A stretch of 64,000 bases of DNA. Origin: Candidatus Firestonebacteria bacterium RIFOXYD2_FULL_39_29. GTDB taxonomy: Bacteria; Oederibacteriota; D2-FULL-39-29. This document shows, one piece after another, positions 30,474-40,263 of this stretch. The stretch is taken from the NCBI GenBank assembly GCA_001778375.1, contig MFGV01000074.1, forward strand, positions 9,651 to 73,650. The letters run 5' to 3'. The notes beneath the pieces were generated by a model. That model was not told where the DNA came from and searched no databases. It saw only the letters and a program-made list of their open reading frames with translations. Within the stretch, counting starts at the first letter, position 1. Each line of letters begins with the position of its first letter. Both the position numbers and the translations under genes were made by a program.

Positions 30474-31019
30474 ATGAGCGATAAGCAATATAGCGAGAAT
30501 CAAACCAGGTTTACAAAATTTATAGCCATTGTTGCCGCAGTCATTGTTGTTTTCATTATATGGGGAGTAATTGTATTTCTCAATGAAAAAAAAGATGAGC
30601 AGCCGGTTGCGGTAAAGAAAAATGAAAGTATTGTAACGGAGCATGTCCACCGGGTTGAACCAAAAAAAGATATTAATGTTGCCGGCAATATAGAGAAAAT
30701 AAAGATCATTTCAAACGGGGAAGAAGTTGATATTAAAGAATATGTCGGGAACGGGTACGTGGTCATTATCGATTTTTACGCGGACTGGTGCGGTCCCTGC
30801 CTGGCATTGGCTCCTAAAATAGAAGAGCTGGTTAAAGAGAATGATGATGTGATTCTAAGAAAAGTAAATATTGTAAAATGGGGCAGTCCGGTGGCAAGGC
30901 AATACGGAATAAACTCCATACCGGATGTCAGGGTTTTTGACAAGAAGGGGAATATGATAGAAAGCCCTTCGGCTACATATTCCAGAATAGAGGGATACGT
31001 GAAGGCTGCTAAAAGATAA
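30474..31019 (+). CDS. Membrane-anchored thioredoxin
   Basis: DFYADWCGPC, cis-Pro SIP, N-terminal TM. Confidence 0.92.
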   Translation: MSDKQYSENQTRFTKFIAIVAAVIVVFIIWGVIVFLNEKKDEQPVAVKKNESIVTEHVHRVEPKKDINVAGNIEKIKIISNGEEVDIKEYVGNGYVVIIDFYADWCGPCLALAPKIEELVKENDDVILRKVNIVKWGSPVARQYGINSIPDVRVFDKKGNMIESPSATYSRIEGYVKAAKR

Positions 31020-31064
31020 ATAGATATCAGATAACATGGAGACAGGAGAGTCAACACTAATAAA

Positions 31065-31538
31065 ATGAAAAGAACAAAAATAGCCATAAAAAATCCCCGT
31101 ATAGGAAAAATTGCAGAGCTGGCGAAGAAAATTAATCATAAGACACTGGCAACGTGGGGACTTGATTGTGCCGAGCGCGTCCTGCCATATTTTGAGAGTA
31201 AATATACGAGAGACAAACGCCCTAAAGCTGCAATTGAAGCGGGACGGGAATGGGTAAGAACCGGCGTGTTTAGCATGGCCGTTATTCGTAAAGCGTCACT
31301 TGATTCTCACGCCGCGGCGCGGGATGTTATGGCTGATGATGTTGCGCGTTCAGCCGCACGTGCCGCAGGACAGGCAGTGGCTGCGGCGCATGTTCCCGCT
31401 CACGCCCTTGCCGCTGCAGCTTCCGCAGCTACAGTTATCCGCGACTCTGTTGATTCGGTTAAAGCAGATGCCGCCGTAACCAAAGAACGAGCATGGCAAT
31501 TAAAACATTTGATAAAAATTAGAAAAAGGAACAAATAG
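31065..31538 (+). CDS. Imm5-like putative immunity protein
   Basis: LA.W..DCAERVL.YFE....DKRP..AI.A...W and ARAAGQAVA..HV..HA, ER.WQ. Confidence 0.8.
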   Translation: MKRTKIAIKNPRIGKIAELAKKINHKTLATWGLDCAERVLPYFESKYTRDKRPKAAIEAGREWVRTGVFSMAVIRKASLDSHAAARDVMADDVARSAARAAGQAVAAAHVPAHALAAAASAATVIRDSVDSVKADAAVTKERAWQLKHLIKIRKRNK

Positions 31539-31940
31539 AAAAATCCACGCCTGATAATTTTTGCAGAGGCTTCTTTTAATATAATATGGAATAATACGGA
31601 ATTGGCTTGACAATACATGGTTTTTAAATTATATTGTATTTATATGGTTGTAAGAATAATAATTTGAGGGTGCAGGCCTCAAATTTGATAAAGATAAATA
31701 AAGGGGAGTCCATTATTGTTGATTTGACCGTTGGAGCCTGTTTGACTCCGGCAAGTACTCTTTTGGGGTGCCGTGATACCGTGGTAACCTATAATAAACT
31801 CCCTATGGATTTAGGAAGCAGAATTTCACACAAAGTCTATGATGGTTTTGCTTTAACAGGCTTCAAGAAAACTACAGAATAGCCGGCGTGCTTTTTATGG
31901 AATTTTATAAGTAATATCTAATGTCTAGTGGAGGGTGGGT

Positions 31941-32084
31941 ATGAAAAAATTGAAGGTGGTTTTGTATCTGGCGGTGGTAGTTTTGCTTCTGCATGTGATG
32001 TTTGTTGTAGGGTGCGGCAGGAATCCGTTTGTCAGTGTGCTGGGCGGCGGCAATACTGTGAATGTCGGAGTGGGAAAGCTGTAA
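31941..32084 (+). CDS. 47-aa putative lipoprotein absent from the ORF track
   Basis: GGAGG RBS; MKKLKVVLYLAVVVLLLHVMFVVGCGRNPFVSVLGGGNTVNVGVGKL*, lipobox VVGC. Confidence 0.6.
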   Translation: MKKLKVVLYLAVVVLLLHVMFVVGCGRNPFVSVLGGGNTVNVGVGKL

Positions 32085-32194
32085 AGAATCAGGAAGGGAA
32101 GGGCAAGAAGGAAGAGAAGAAAAGGAAAGACAAATATTCAGTCCCTAGTTATGCGGGATCTGCCGGCGTACTCTGCCGGAAAAAGGAGTTTAAA

Positions 32195-33220
32195 ATGACA
32201 GACAAAATTCTAAAGATACTTAAAGCTGTAATTACCGTACAACTGGTAGTTATTGGCATTCTTTATACGGCGGGTAAATACAAGGCGGAGCCTCTATTTG
32301 CCTTGGCCTTTAAGGCGCATAGCGCGAGTTCTCCGGATAACTATATTATCCCGGTAACCCAGATAAGCCTGCAAAAAGAAGACGGTAATTTTGTGACTCT
32401 GTGGTCCGGTAATCAGGACGTAGACCTGGCAACTCTTTCGGGGCTTTCGGATTTCACTTCTTTCAACTGCAGCGTGCCGCCCGGAAAATACAAGAGAATT
32501 AATATTTTTTGCGGCCCGGCAAACGGTGTAAATATCAGAGTAAAAGGAACCGTAGTATCCGGTGCGACCACCTATTATACAAAAGCGAGCCATACCGGGC
32601 ATGCTACCGGCCCGGCGGAGATAGAAGAGTTCAGCTCCACTGCGCTAGTTGAAGGATATTATGCTCTTACTCAGGATTATTCCCCTGCGATCGAGATCGG
32701 AGGTTCCTCAACAGTTTCTGATATTGTAGCTCTCGTAGATATCTCAGATTCTCTGATTTATTATGACGGGAGCGGAACGGACCCCCTTGCAAAACCTTGG
32801 CTGCCGGCGAAGACGGCGGGTATGTATCTGCAAGGCTGCGGTTACGCCGTTACTTTGGGGATACCCGGGAGTAAAGAGATTTATGATTTTGATACCGGCG
32901 TATCCGCCGACAGAGGCAGGTTGACAATAGTCTATGACGGGACGGGTAATGTTATAGGTGCTAATGCCAGGTTGGTTCTTACAAATAGCAGTTTTGGCAA
33001 CAATTTGTTACCGACCACGGCTCCCGCTCAATGCATTTTCACCGATAACGGTAATGGGACCTATAATCTTCTAATCCGTTTCGGAAGCATGGGAACATTT
33101 GATGATTCAAATACCCTTACACTTCAGAATTTCTCAAAAGCCACTCATTCCGGCACCTACAGTAAGTTCTTTAATAACGCGACCACAACCGGTTCGTATA
33201 ACTGCACAAGGTTACCATAA
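32195..33220 (+). CDS. Exported beta-rich hypothetical protein
   Basis: AAGGAG RBS before ATG 32195; N-terminal hydrophobic helix; T/G/S-rich with a PPGKY motif. Confidence 0.65.
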   Translation: MTDKILKILKAVITVQLVVIGILYTAGKYKAEPLFALAFKAHSASSPDNYIIPVTQISLQKEDGNFVTLWSGNQDVDLATLSGLSDFTSFNCSVPPGKYKRINIFCGPANGVNIRVKGTVVSGATTYYTKASHTGHATGPAEIEEFSSTALVEGYYALTQDYSPAIEIGGSSTVSDIVALVDISDSLIYYDGSGTDPLAKPWLPAKTAGMYLQGCGYAVTLGIPGSKEIYDFDTGVSADRGRLTIVYDGTGNVIGANARLVLTNSSFGNNLLPTTAPAQCIFTDNGNGTYNLLIRFGSMGTFDDSNTLTLQNFSKATHSGTYSKFFNNATTTGSYNCTRLP

Positions 33221-33270
33221 AAAAAGAGAAAGTCAGATTTACCAATTAACGTATAGGGAGGCAATAGTCA

Positions 33271-33306
33271 GGGGATAGATAACGGGCTTTGCCGGTGTCT
33301 GTCCCC
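33271..33306. repeat. REP-like 36-bp hairpin (copy 2)
   Basis: GGGGATAGATA-14 nt-TGTCTGTCCCC. Confidence 0.65.
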
Positions 33307-33329
33307 GTTTTATATAACAGGAAAAATAA

Positions 33330-34034
33330 TTGATAAATTCCGACTCCAAAATAATTGAAATAGACGGTATTTGTATTAATGTTATCCATAAGAACATCAG
33401 AAATATTCATTTGCGGGTACGGCCCCCGGGGTTGGTGACGGTTTCAGCTCCGCTTAGAATGGAGTCGGGAAAAATCAGAGAATTTTGTACCTCAAAGCTT
33501 GAGTGGATAAAAAAACATCATGAAAAGATGAAAGCTCTAAAATATGAGCCTGCCAAAGAATATACTAGCGGTGAAGTGCATTTTTACCTGGGGAAGAAGT
33601 ACAAACTGGAAGTGACTGAAGGCAACACCCGCCGTAAGGTGATTCTTGTCAATGATACCCTTCATATATATGTACACCGGGGAGAGGGAAAGAAAAACAG
33701 GAAAGATCTCCTGGAAAAATGGTATAAAGCACGGCTTAAGGAGCTTATTTTACCGCACATTTCGAGATTAGAAAGCGTAATGAATGTGAAAGTAGAAAAG
33801 TTAACTATCCGGACAATGAAATCAAGATGGGGAACATGCAATTATCGAGAAAGAAAGATATGTCTGAACACCGAGCTTGCAAAAAAACCTTTCGAAAGTA
33901 TTGAATATGTCCTTATCCATGAGCTGGCGCATTTACTGGAAAGAGGCCACCAGAAAGAGTTTAAAGCTGTCATGGACAAATTCGCCCCTGATTGGCGCTC
34001 CTTGCGTAAAGAGCTTAAAAAAGCTAAGCATTAA
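33330..34034 (+). CDS. YgjP/DUF45 (SprT/M48-like) zinc metalloprotease-family protein
   Basis: MKSRWGTC and YVLIHELAHL....H...F. Confidence 0.9.
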   Translation: MINSDSKIIEIDGICINVIHKNIRNIHLRVRPPGLVTVSAPLRMESGKIREFCTSKLEWIKKHHEKMKALKYEPAKEYTSGEVHFYLGKKYKLEVTEGNTRRKVILVNDTLHIYVHRGEGKKNRKDLLEKWYKARLKELILPHISRLESVMNVKVEKLTIRTMKSRWGTCNYRERKICLNTELAKKPFESIEYVLIHELAHLLERGHQKEFKAVMDKFAPDWRSLRKELKKAKH

Positions 34035-34071
34035 CTTAAATTTAGTTGTAAGTGGAACTCCACGCCCTATG

Positions 34072-34222
34072 GAGAGATTTTCAGATTTTAGTTCATTGGA
34101 ACCATCTCTTATCAGTGAAATCCTGTAGTTTTGCAATCTCATCGAAAGATCCGCCCTATATCACTGGCGGATCATCAAAAGATCCGCCTAATATCACTGG
34201 CGGAAGTGAAATTGCTTTTTCA
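34072..34222 (+). repeat. ~90-bp dispersed repeat with two tandem 33-bp insertions
   Basis: Units at 34139-34171 and 34172-34204. Confidence 0.85.
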
Positions 34223-34654
34223 AAAATTACCGTTTATGAATACCATAAAGGGGAAAGGGGCGCCGGTTCTGATTATGTTGATCAGGCCTATCTGAAAGCC
34301 ATGCATTGTGTCGGTCACATTAATTAAACCTATCTGAATGCCGACGAAGGATTGGGACTGGTTATATAGTCCCCACTGAATACCTGTAGCACTGTTGCTG
34401 ATATTTACAAGACCGAGTTGAATTCCTGACAGTCTGTCTGTGCCGCTGTAAAGCCAGGATACCTGAAAACCATTCACTTCCTGAACGCTGTCCGCGATCA
34501 AGCCTATGTCAATTCCTATCACTACATTATCCCCCGGGATACTGATACCCGGAAGCAATGAAAGCCTTAACGGGGTTGCTGCCGAAACCTCCTGACTCAT
34601 ACCGGACAGTGCAAATACCGCCAACAACAAAACAAAAGCTATTTTGCTTCTCAT
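34220..34654 (-). CDS. Secreted GxQxGxxN-repeat protein (LA_2272-like)
   Basis: Signal peptide, GIQLGLVN / GIQWGLYN / GFQIGLIN repeats, terminal Phe. Confidence 0.8.
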   Translation of the reverse strand: MRSKIAFVLLLAVFALSGMSQEVSAATPLRLSLLPGISIPGDNVVIGIDIGLIADSVQEVNGFQVSWLYSGTDRLSGIQLGLVNISNSATGIQWGLYNQSQSFVGIQIGLINVTDTMHGFQIGLINIIRTGAPFPFMVFINGNF

Positions 34655-34682
34655 ATGTTTTTTCTCCTTGTTGTCCTGTTAA

Positions 34683-35216
34683 TTACTTTTTAGTGCCATA
34701 TAAAACCTTCAGTTGTTCTACGGTAGGGAATTCCTTGTATAACTCGCCTTGCGGCCCGGTAAAACCTTCCTTAACTTTTTTTATTATAACAGCCGTATAC
34801 CCTCCCTTTGAGTTGGGGATATTTATGGTATAAACATCTTTTTGTATTGTTACCTGAGCAGTTGCGATAGGTTCAGCAGGCTTTGGCGTAACCGGAATAA
34901 CTATTGAAGGGGCCTCGACTACTAAAAAGCCGTTGTTGTTGTACGTCTGGAAATATACATTATTGTAATAATAGTATTGATGACCTCTGACTATAACGGT
35001 GGTATAGCCTAAGGGTAGTGTGCGAACGATCGCGCCGATAGCAAGAGTGGGAACAATTGCATCAAACCAAAACCATCTCTGTCTATACCAGCTGCCTCTA
35101 GTATAATAATGTCTCCCGTTTCCGCGGCTAAAAGCAAAGATATCGGATGAATATAGTAATGCAAAAACAAGAAAAACACCCAGAACCACCCGGAATTTCA
35201 AAAATTTCTTTAACAT
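34683..35216 (-). CDS. Exported protein, DUF6515-like
   Basis: Signal peptide, IGAIV.TLP.GY..V.V.G..YYY...VYF, GPQGE.Y..FPTVEQL. Confidence 0.65.
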   Translation of the reverse strand: MLKKFLKFRVVLGVFLVFALLYSSDIFAFSRGNGRHYYTRGSWYRQRWFWFDAIVPTLAIGAIVRTLPLGYTTVIVRGHQYYYYNNVYFQTYNNNGFLVVEAPSIVIPVTPKPAEPIATAQVTIQKDVYTINIPNSKGGYTAVIIKKVKEGFTGPQGELYKEFPTVEQLKVLYGTKK

Positions 35217-35325
35217 GTTATCTCCTCCTTTGATGAATTCTTATATAATTAATATAAACTTATCAGCGATTTTTAGATATGTCGGATTTCGTCTTTTTAT
35301 TGACTGGAATCTGAGGGGAGGAAGG

Positions 35326-35418
35326 CGGAGGACAGAGGACGGAAGGCAGATGGATGCTTGGAGGTTTGCCCGCCAATCATATAGGGCGGATCTTTGGTAG
35401 AGATGGTTAGAGGCTTAG
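35326..35418. repeat. 7/8-mer tandem repeat tract interrupted by a reverse-oriented 33-bp unit (35369-35401)
   Basis: Removing the unit restores TGGATGCT TGGAGGTT TGGATGGT TAGAGGCT. Confidence 0.75.
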
Positions 35419-35602
35419 CGAAAGAATAAAAGCAAGATGGTTTACCAACCGAAGCTTTATGCGCAGGCTGGTTGGCTGGAGCGGGAGAGAAAGAAAAAGC
35501 TGAAAGTTCGGGGAGAAAAAAATATTAAAAAACAGTCAACCCCAAAAAACGAAGTAGAACTATTTAAACTAGAACTTAATAAAATCTTAGTGTTTATTGT
35601 AG

Positions 35603-35672
35603 AATCAGTGGAATCCAATAGCTTTGCAATCTCATCAAAAGATCCGCCCTATATCACTGGTGGAAGCGGAAT
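35603..35672 (+). repeat. Partial dispersed repeat with one 33-bp insertion (35632-35664)
   Basis: AATCAGTGGAATCC...GCAATC|unit|AGCGGAATC. Confidence 0.8.
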
Positions 35673-35812
35673 CTAACTCGAAATCCCTCTAAACTTTAAT
35701 ATTATACAATCAAATAATGACATGCTTTCTACTTCGGATTTCGGGTCAACAATGGCTATTGCCAGACCACGATTAATCCCGTATAATCAGGTCGTATATG
35801 GGGGAAGTGTAA

Positions 35813-37132
35813 TTGCAGATAAAATTGAAAGTATTCAGGTTTGCGGGTATTGCGGCTCCGGTTCTGTTCAGCTTTTTTATATTGCTGGGCGGATATATAA
35901 ATCCGGATTATAGCTCATTTCGTGAGACAATAAGCACTCTTATTCAGAGAGGCGCGCCGAATAAAATGTTCCTTGATATCGGCATTATTATTAGTAACTC
36001 ATTACTTGCGCTTTTTGGGTACGGAATATTCAGGATAGGAAGGAATGAAGCGAATAAGTACAAGTTCATTTCAGGCCTTACACTTATAGCCGGAGGTATC
36101 GCAGGTATTCTAATCATTTTATTACCCAAGGACTTGGACAGCGTAAGCGCCATGAGTGTAACAGGTTATTTGCATCATATTATAGCCGCGTTCCTGACCA
36201 TTCTTGCCATGCTGAGCATTATTTTTTTCGAGTTCGGACAGTTCCGTAACCGGAAATTCAAAATATATTCAACTATTTCTCTGATCTTTATTCTCATCTC
36301 CGCGGTTGTCACAGTAATTTCGGGAATGTCAAAAGTTTCTCTTGTCGGGATGTTCGAGCGGATAACACTGATCCTGTACTTTCAATGGGTAATCGTAATG
36401 TCCGGTCTGGCGCTTAAACACAGCGTCAGTAAAAAGACCTCAAAAAAGATCTCAGAGCTTTCAAAGAAGATCATCGCTAAGACAGAGCAGAAGGTGCCGC
36501 GAAGGATGAAGATAGTCTATGCAGTCGCCGGGATCATCGCGCCGGTAATGTACAGCGGTTTTGTGCTGCTCGGCGGGTTTCTAAGACCTGATTACGCCCC
36601 GCTTTCCCATACGATAAGCACTCTGGTCCAGGCCGGCGCGCCAAATAGAATAATTCTCCGGGCCGGTTTTATTTTAAGTAACATCTGCCTCATTCTATTC
36701 GGATACGGGTTATTTGCTATAAGCAGGAACGTCAAAAAAAAATACAGGGCCTGGTCCGGTCTGTCCCTCATCGGAGCGGGGGTAACCGGGATACTGATAA
36801 TTATATTCCCCAAAGACCCGGAAAATATAAGGATGACCTTCTCCGGTTTTACCCATCATTTTTTTATTGCGATACTGGCGGTCTTTACCATAATCAGCAC
36901 GCTGTTCTTTGAGTTCGGCGAGGATCATAACAGAAAGCTCAGGGCCTACTCGAAAATATCTCTCTTCTTCATATTGGGCTTCGCTCTCATTACCGTAATT
37001 GCAGGGCTTTCCGGCTTTTATTACGCAGGGCTTTTTGAAAGGATATCAATAATAGCTTACCTTCAATGGGTTCTGGTAATAGCCGTTGTTTTCCTAAAAC
37101 AAAAGAGTCAGCACCATTTAACAAACCGGTGA
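35813..37132 (+). CDS. Tandem-duplicated DUF998 membrane protein
   Basis: Two copies of GG...PDY......ISTL.Q.GAPN ... GxFERI...Y.QWV. Confidence 0.85.
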   Translation: MQIKLKVFRFAGIAAPVLFSFFILLGGYINPDYSSFRETISTLIQRGAPNKMFLDIGIIISNSLLALFGYGIFRIGRNEANKYKFISGLTLIAGGIAGILIILLPKDLDSVSAMSVTGYLHHIIAAFLTILAMLSIIFFEFGQFRNRKFKIYSTISLIFILISAVVTVISGMSKVSLVGMFERITLILYFQWVIVMSGLALKHSVSKKTSKKISELSKKIIAKTEQKVPRRMKIVYAVAGIIAPVMYSGFVLLGGFLRPDYAPLSHTISTLVQAGAPNRIILRAGFILSNICLILFGYGLFAISRNVKKKYRAWSGLSLIGAGVTGILIIIFPKDPENIRMTFSGFTHHFFIAILAVFTIISTLFFEFGEDHNRKLRAYSKISLFFILGFALITVIAGLSGFYYAGLFERISIIAYLQWVLVIAVVFLKQKSQHHLTNR

Positions 37133-37392
37133 AGCATTGTAATTATCTGTCCTGAAATAATCGAGCCGCAAAATGGAAATAATGGCCGTTGACCCCATTT
37201 TAGATATAACCCCATATGCTCAACAATTATACTGCTCTGAGATGAAACTACGAAAATTCTTTACAGCACCTCTAATAATATGTTGGCAGATAAAAGTCAA
37301 TTAACTGCGGGATTAGACAATTTAGGTGTTTTGAAAAATAGAATAAAATTATAAGTAATTATACAAATCGGAAATAGGATTATTAAAAATAT

Positions 37393-38262
37393 ATGATTAC
37401 GAAAATAAAACTTAAAAATAAGATTAGCAGGGATTGGGCGATATTTAGTATCACTGTCAAGAAGTTTTTGCGGTTAAACGGGGGACAGTGGGCAGGATCG
37501 TTTGCTTTTGATCTCTTTTTTTCTATATTTCCGTTAATTGTCCTTTTCGTCACCATTGCCTCGTTTTTTGTTGATCCGGTCGTAGCAGGGAAAGAGATCA
37601 TTGTCTATATGCAAAGATATGTCCCGATCAGAGGTGAAATGCAGGATCAAGTATTCAACACCATTGCAGGTGTGGTCAAAGCTCGGGGGCATGTAGGTGT
37701 TATTTCGTTTTTCATATTGATCTGGGGCGCCATCCAATGTTTCTCTACCCTCATCTTCGCTGCCAATCTTGCCTGGGATACTCCGGTTAGAAAGTGGTGG
37801 CGTCTGCCGCTGAAAAGCCTGGTGATGCTCGGCGTAACAGCAGGCGTGGTCTTCCTCGGCATGGTGGCACCTGTCCTCTTAAAAATGACAGAGGGAAGGC
37901 TTTTTACAGTACCTGACTTTGCTTTCTGGATATATGCCTTGGGAATCTTCTTTATCCCTCTGCTGGTGATATTCTTCGGCCTGAGCCTTTTTTACATGCT
38001 GGCTCCGCAACAGTTCGTGCGTTTTTCCCGGGTGTGGATTGCCGCCCTGTATGCGACAGTTTTACTGCAGGCGGTAGAAAGTTTATTTGTTATCTATGTT
38101 AAGAACTTTGCCTCGTTAAATCTAGTCTATGGAGCGTTCGGCGGGATCATGGCACTCCTTATGTGGATCTATCTTTCCGGCTGTATTTTTATATTCGGCT
38201 CCTGCCTGTGCGCCGCCCAGGCAGAAACCCGTTCATTGCCGACAAAAAATATCATTAAATAA
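37393..38262 (+). CDS. YihY/BrkB family membrane protein
   Basis: FSIFPL, YGAFGGIMALLMWIYLS....IFG. Confidence 0.92.
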   Translation: MITKIKLKNKISRDWAIFSITVKKFLRLNGGQWAGSFAFDLFFSIFPLIVLFVTIASFFVDPVVAGKEIIVYMQRYVPIRGEMQDQVFNTIAGVVKARGHVGVISFFILIWGAIQCFSTLIFAANLAWDTPVRKWWRLPLKSLVMLGVTAGVVFLGMVAPVLLKMTEGRLFTVPDFAFWIYALGIFFIPLLVIFFGLSLFYMLAPQQFVRFSRVWIAALYATVLLQAVESLFVIYVKNFASLNLVYGAFGGIMALLMWIYLSGCIFIFGSCLCAAQAETRSLPTKNIIK

Positions 38263-38405
38263 AGTATAAGGCAGAAGAACGGAAAGGGGAAATGATGGAC
38301 CAGCCGTCCCTTTTTACCTATCTTCGCGGGAAGCCCTTTTGACAAAATTACATGGTTGTATAATAATGCCTTGACAATATTATATACATGTGTAATAATG
38401 TCAAC

Positions 38406-39641
38406 ATGAGTAAGCGAATAGAAAGATATATAGAGGAAACAGCGTTTTCCGAGAGATTCTCAAGGCAGATGCGGTTTATCTCCGGACCCAGGCAATCAGG
38501 AAAGACTACAATTGCCAAAAGTGCGCTTGAAAAGAACAAAAGCGGGCTTTATTATTATAACTGGGATAGAAGAGAGTTGCGGGAGAGATACAGAAATGAA
38601 ATTGATTTTCTTGCAAACGACCTGCTGAAAAATGGAGACAGAGGAAGGAAGATCAGTGTTTGTTTTGACGAGATACACAAGTATCCTAAATGGAAGAATA
38701 TTCTAAAAGATTTCTTTGATACCTATGAAACTAAACTGAATATCATTGTTACAGGAAGCGCAAGGCTTGATATGTTTAACAAGGCAGGGGATAGCCTTGC
38801 AGGCCGCTATTTCCTCTTCAGATTAAATCCCCTGATACTTGCCGAAGTGTTGGGAAAAAAATATGAGAACATATTGCCGGACAAAACGGCACTGAAATAT
38901 GTAGAGAAAAACATTTCCGGAAACAGATTTGAACAAAAAGCAATGGAGACCCTTATGCAATTCAGCGGATTCCCTGAACCATTTTTAAATCAGGATGCTG
39001 TCTTTTCAAAAAGCTGGCATGCGGAATATCTTGAAAAAACTGTCAAAGAAGACTTAAGAGACTTATCCGCCATACATCAGCTTCAAAAAGTATCCGATCT
39101 CGACTACTTGCTGCTCTCCAAAATAGCGGCCCCTTTATCGATAAATTCACTCAGGGAGGATCTTGAGCTCAATTTCAATACCGTTAAAAATTATGTAAAA
39201 TATCTCACACTTTCGTACGCTATATTTGAGGTGCCGCCTTATTACAAAAAAGGCAATCGCCTTGTTAAAAAGGAAAAGAAGGTATATTTCTATGACTGGG
39301 TTTCAGTGAAAGGAGATGCGGAGAAATTTGAGAATTATGTGGCTGTTGAACTTAAATCCAGAGTGGATCTTTGGAATAGTACTCTCGCCGATACATATGC
39401 GCTATATTTTGTTAAAGCCAGAGGTGAGACCGAAACTGATTTTATGATAACTAAGAACTCTACGCCTTATTTGTTAGTTGAAGCCAAACTTTCTTCAGAA
39501 AAAATAGAGAAGCATCATTATCAACACTCTACAATGTTCGATGATATTCCCTACGTTCAGTTGGTGGCAAGCGAGAATATACTGAAAGTTGAGCAGGAGA
39601 GGTTTTTTGTGGTATCGGCATCAAGGTTTTTTGCCGGATAA
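38406..39641 (+). CDS. AAA_14 ATPase with DUF4143 nuclease-like C-terminus
   Basis: GPRQSGKTT, FDEIH, VTGSA, SLAGR, GFPEP, K.YFYD, FEN.V, E.DF...EAK. Confidence 0.9.
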   Translation: MSKRIERYIEETAFSERFSRQMRFISGPRQSGKTTIAKSALEKNKSGLYYYNWDRRELRERYRNEIDFLANDLLKNGDRGRKISVCFDEIHKYPKWKNILKDFFDTYETKLNIIVTGSARLDMFNKAGDSLAGRYFLFRLNPLILAEVLGKKYENILPDKTALKYVEKNISGNRFEQKAMETLMQFSGFPEPFLNQDAVFSKSWHAEYLEKTVKEDLRDLSAIHQLQKVSDLDYLLLSKIAAPLSINSLREDLELNFNTVKNYVKYLTLSYAIFEVPPYYKKGNRLVKKEKKVYFYDWVSVKGDAEKFENYVAVELKSRVDLWNSTLADTYALYFVKARGETETDFMITKNSTPYLLVEAKLSSEKIEKHHYQHSTMFDDIPYVQLVASENILKVEQERFFVVSASRFFAG

Positions 39642-39805
39642 AATAATAGGACATTTGCCGAGACTGTCGGGGTTAACAAGATAACAAAAAAAGCTGCAAA
39701 ACTGTTCTTGATAAAAACATTTTTGGGTGCTACAATATTTTTGTTGATTGCTTTGAAGGATTTTACTTTATAAACCTTAAAAGCATTATAAACATCGTTT
39801 ACGGC

Positions 39806-39843
39806 TGCGGGCGTAATTCAGCGGTAGAATGCCACCTTCCCAA
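39806..39843 (+). repeat. att duplication: 5' half of tRNA-Gly ending at the anticodon loop
   Basis: TGCGGGCGTAATTCAGCGGTAGAATGCCACCTTCCCAA matches 59423-59460, then diverges. Confidence 0.95.
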
Positions 39844-39963
39844 AGCGTTTAGACCGATAGCTGTTCTCCTTGTATCCAAATGATTTTCTGATTCTAAAAG
39901 GACTTCTCTTGAAATCGTGAGTCTCACCCGAGCCCAGATTTACTCATCCAGGTGCATCCGTCA

Positions 39964-39986
39964 GGCACATTTTGGGCACACTTTTG
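39964..39986 (+). other. Putative integrase arm-type sites (left end)
   Basis: GGCACATTTTGGGCACACTTTTG, matched by GGCACATTTTAGTCACATTTTG at 59336-59357. Confidence 0.7.
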
Positions 39987-40034
39987 TTTTGCCAGAAGGT
40001 GACTGGGATCACCCTAAGAAACCGTGTTATTTTT

Positions 40035-40128
40035 GGTTTGAAAGGGTTATTTAAAAGTTATAATATAAAATTATATTGGAATAGCTAAAGGAAGGAATAA
40101 CCCCGTTTGCGATGGAAATGAACCCGTT
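40035..40128 (+). other. Composite site A (putative recombination or operator site)
   Basis: GGTTTG-20-TAATATAAAATTATATT-26-CGTTTGC-4-GAAAT-3-CCCGTT, with spacing identical to site B. Confidence 0.65.
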
Positions 40129-40263
40129 TAACATTTGGGCTGTTCCGTTACAATCAAAAACCTGATTTCCCTTTATAAAGAAGATTAATACTGCTATAAT
40201 TGTTAAAAGAGACGGCCATAAGAAGAGTATTTTGTATGGGCTGAATAACTGGAGCAATCTTAT

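Noticed and set aside
31700..31890. Definite 6S RNA or cobalamin riboswitch call
   Set aside because: Only partial motif resemblance; kept as an unassigned structured-RNA finding
31928..32194. Cys-rich N-terminal extension of the 430-aa ORF
   Set aside because: It is an off-frame reading of the small lipoprotein gene; a better RBS precedes 32195
34139..34204. CRISPR array from 33-bp repeats
   Set aside because: Units are adjacent with no spacers, dispersed elsewhere, and no cas genes are present
34052..35913. Short + strand ORFs containing SSKDPPYITGG
   Set aside because: These are translations of the 33-bp repeat, not a methyltransferase DPPY motif
39807..39880. Second intact tRNA-Gly
   Set aside because: Identity stops at the anticodon loop with no T-arm or acceptor 3' strand; it is the att fragment
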